Below the pieces are notes generated by a model, which was not told the origin of the DNA, did not search any database, and was given only the letters and a program-made list of their open reading frames with translations. A stretch of DNA of 64,000 nucleotides from Burkholderiales bacterium (lineage in GTDB: Bacteria > Pseudomonadota > Gammaproteobacteria > Burkholderiales > Ga0077523). The stretch covers positions 3,649,340 through 3,713,339 of the forward strand of contig OZ257154.1 of assembly GCA_965279325.1 (NCBI GenBank), read 5' to 3'. Within the stretch, counting starts at the first letter, position 1, and each line of letters opens with the position of its first letter. The position numbers and the translations under genes were made by a program. Of this stretch, positions 63,374 to 64,000 are shown one piece after another.

Positions 63374-64000
63374 ATGCTCGTTCCCACAGGCCAAACCCGG
63401 AAGCGAATCAAGCACTGGTTCGAATACCTGCCCAACTCCCACACGGCGCGGATGCTCGCCTACTTCCCGCTCTTGCGGGAATGGCAGCGCAAGCGCCTCG
63501 ATGCGAGCACGCCGCGCTTCCACACGCGCGAGGCCTACTTCGACCATCTCATCGAACGCTACGGCCAGGACGAATTCCTCTACCTCGAATTCGGCTGCGC
63601 CAGCGGCAACGCGGTGCGCTACTGGGCGGAGCGATGTCCGCATCCGAACGCGCGCTTCGTCGGGTTCGACACCTTCACCGGGTTGCCCGAGCGCTGGCAA
63701 CTGCTCGGCTGGTCCGTCGAGGCCGGCATCTGGAATCTCGACGGCAAGATCCCCGAAGTGGCGGATCCTCGCGTGTCGTTCGAGAAAGGCCTGTTCCAGG
63801 CGACGCTGCCCGGGTTCCTCGCCAAGCCCGAGTTCGTTCCGCGCCTGCCCAGGCGGGTCATCCACATCGATGCCGATCTCTACTCATCGACGATGTTCGT
63901 CCTGTGCAGCATGGCGCACCTGCTGCCGGGCGCAGTGGTGATGTTCGACGAGTTCGACTGTCCGCTCGACGAACTGCGCGCCCTGGCCGATTTCTGCGCC
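63374..64000 (+). CDS. class I SAM-dependent methyltransferase, TylF/macrocin-O-methyltransferase-like (3' truncated by the window end)
   Basis: Not in the ORF track because no stop falls in the window. My translation from ATG 63374 is open to 64000: MLVPTGQTRKRIKHWF...LYLEFGCASGNAVRYW...FVGFDTFTGLPE...VIHIDADLYSSTMFVL. Confidence 0.65.
   Translation, partial: MLVPTGQTRKRIKHWFEYLPNSHTARMLAYFPLLREWQRKRLDASTPRFHTREAYFDHLIERYGQDEFLYLEFGCASGNAVRYWAERCPHPNARFVGFDTFTGLPERWQLLGWSVEAGIWNLDGKIPEVADPRVSFEKGLFQATLPGFLAKPEFVPRLPRRVIHIDADLYSSTMFVLCSMAHLLPGAVVMFDEFDCPLDELRALADFCA

Overview
This is a GC-rich proteobacterial chromosomal segment; third codon positions are almost all G/C, and two PEP-CTERM proteins plus REP-like repeats suggest a beta- or gammaproteobacterium (inference). 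I support about 64 protein-coding genes. I recognised no rRNA, tRNA, CRISPR array, transposase, integrase or phage gene. The many long antisense or out-of-frame ORFs in the track are high-GC artefacts. Several true starts lie downstream of the ORF-track start and were trimmed using ATG/GTG/TTG plus Shine-Dalgarno evidence.

Main blocks:
1. 111-4415: a PEP-CTERM protein, a MoxJ-like binding protein and an arylsulfatase.
2. 4630-14340 (minus strand): a Liv-type ABC importer flanked by two adenylate-forming CoA ligases, plus 3-hydroxyacyl-CoA dehydrogenase.
3. 15421-18239: small oxidoreductase genes.
4. 18249-33769 (minus strand): a 16-gene unidirectional hydroquinone / 3-oxoadipate catabolic cluster. 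It contains PnpC/PnpD-type two-subunit hydroquinone dioxygenase, a Rieske protein, an aldehyde dehydrogenase, PcaIJ, maleylacetate reductase, a second Liv-type ABC importer, PcaF thiolase, a Tat-exported flavoprotein with cytochrome c, and hydroxyquinol dioxygenase. A divergent IclR regulator follows at 34046-34864.
5. 34962-42960: miscellaneous genes, including a degenerate-triad protease/PDZ protein, an aldo/keto reductase (AKR), TerB, a second PEP-CTERM protein, an MFS transporter, ChaC and a cystathionine beta-synthase (CBS)-type enzyme.
6. 42929-45799: the arsenic operon arsR-arsI-arsC-arsN2-acr3.
7. 45924-59857: housekeeping and accessory metabolism, including tartrate dehydrogenase, cupin/AraC, TetR, D-aminoacylase, GST, PhaZ, a hydroxypyruvate reductase / aminotransferase pair, a carbamoylase-type amidase and asparaginase.
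8. 60244-64000: a cysteine-free PQQ dehydrogenase with a lanthanide-type D-Y-D motif, a cytochrome c, a small HExxH protein and a truncated methyltransferase.

Three families of structured GC-rich repeats populate the intergenic and intercistronic gaps.

The observations most worth a second look are the Cys-less PQQ enzyme, the about 75-nt repeat that abuts three start codons, and the periplasmic flavoprotein/cytochrome c pair embedded in the aromatic operon. All functional calls rest on motif and family recognition by eye; no database search was run.
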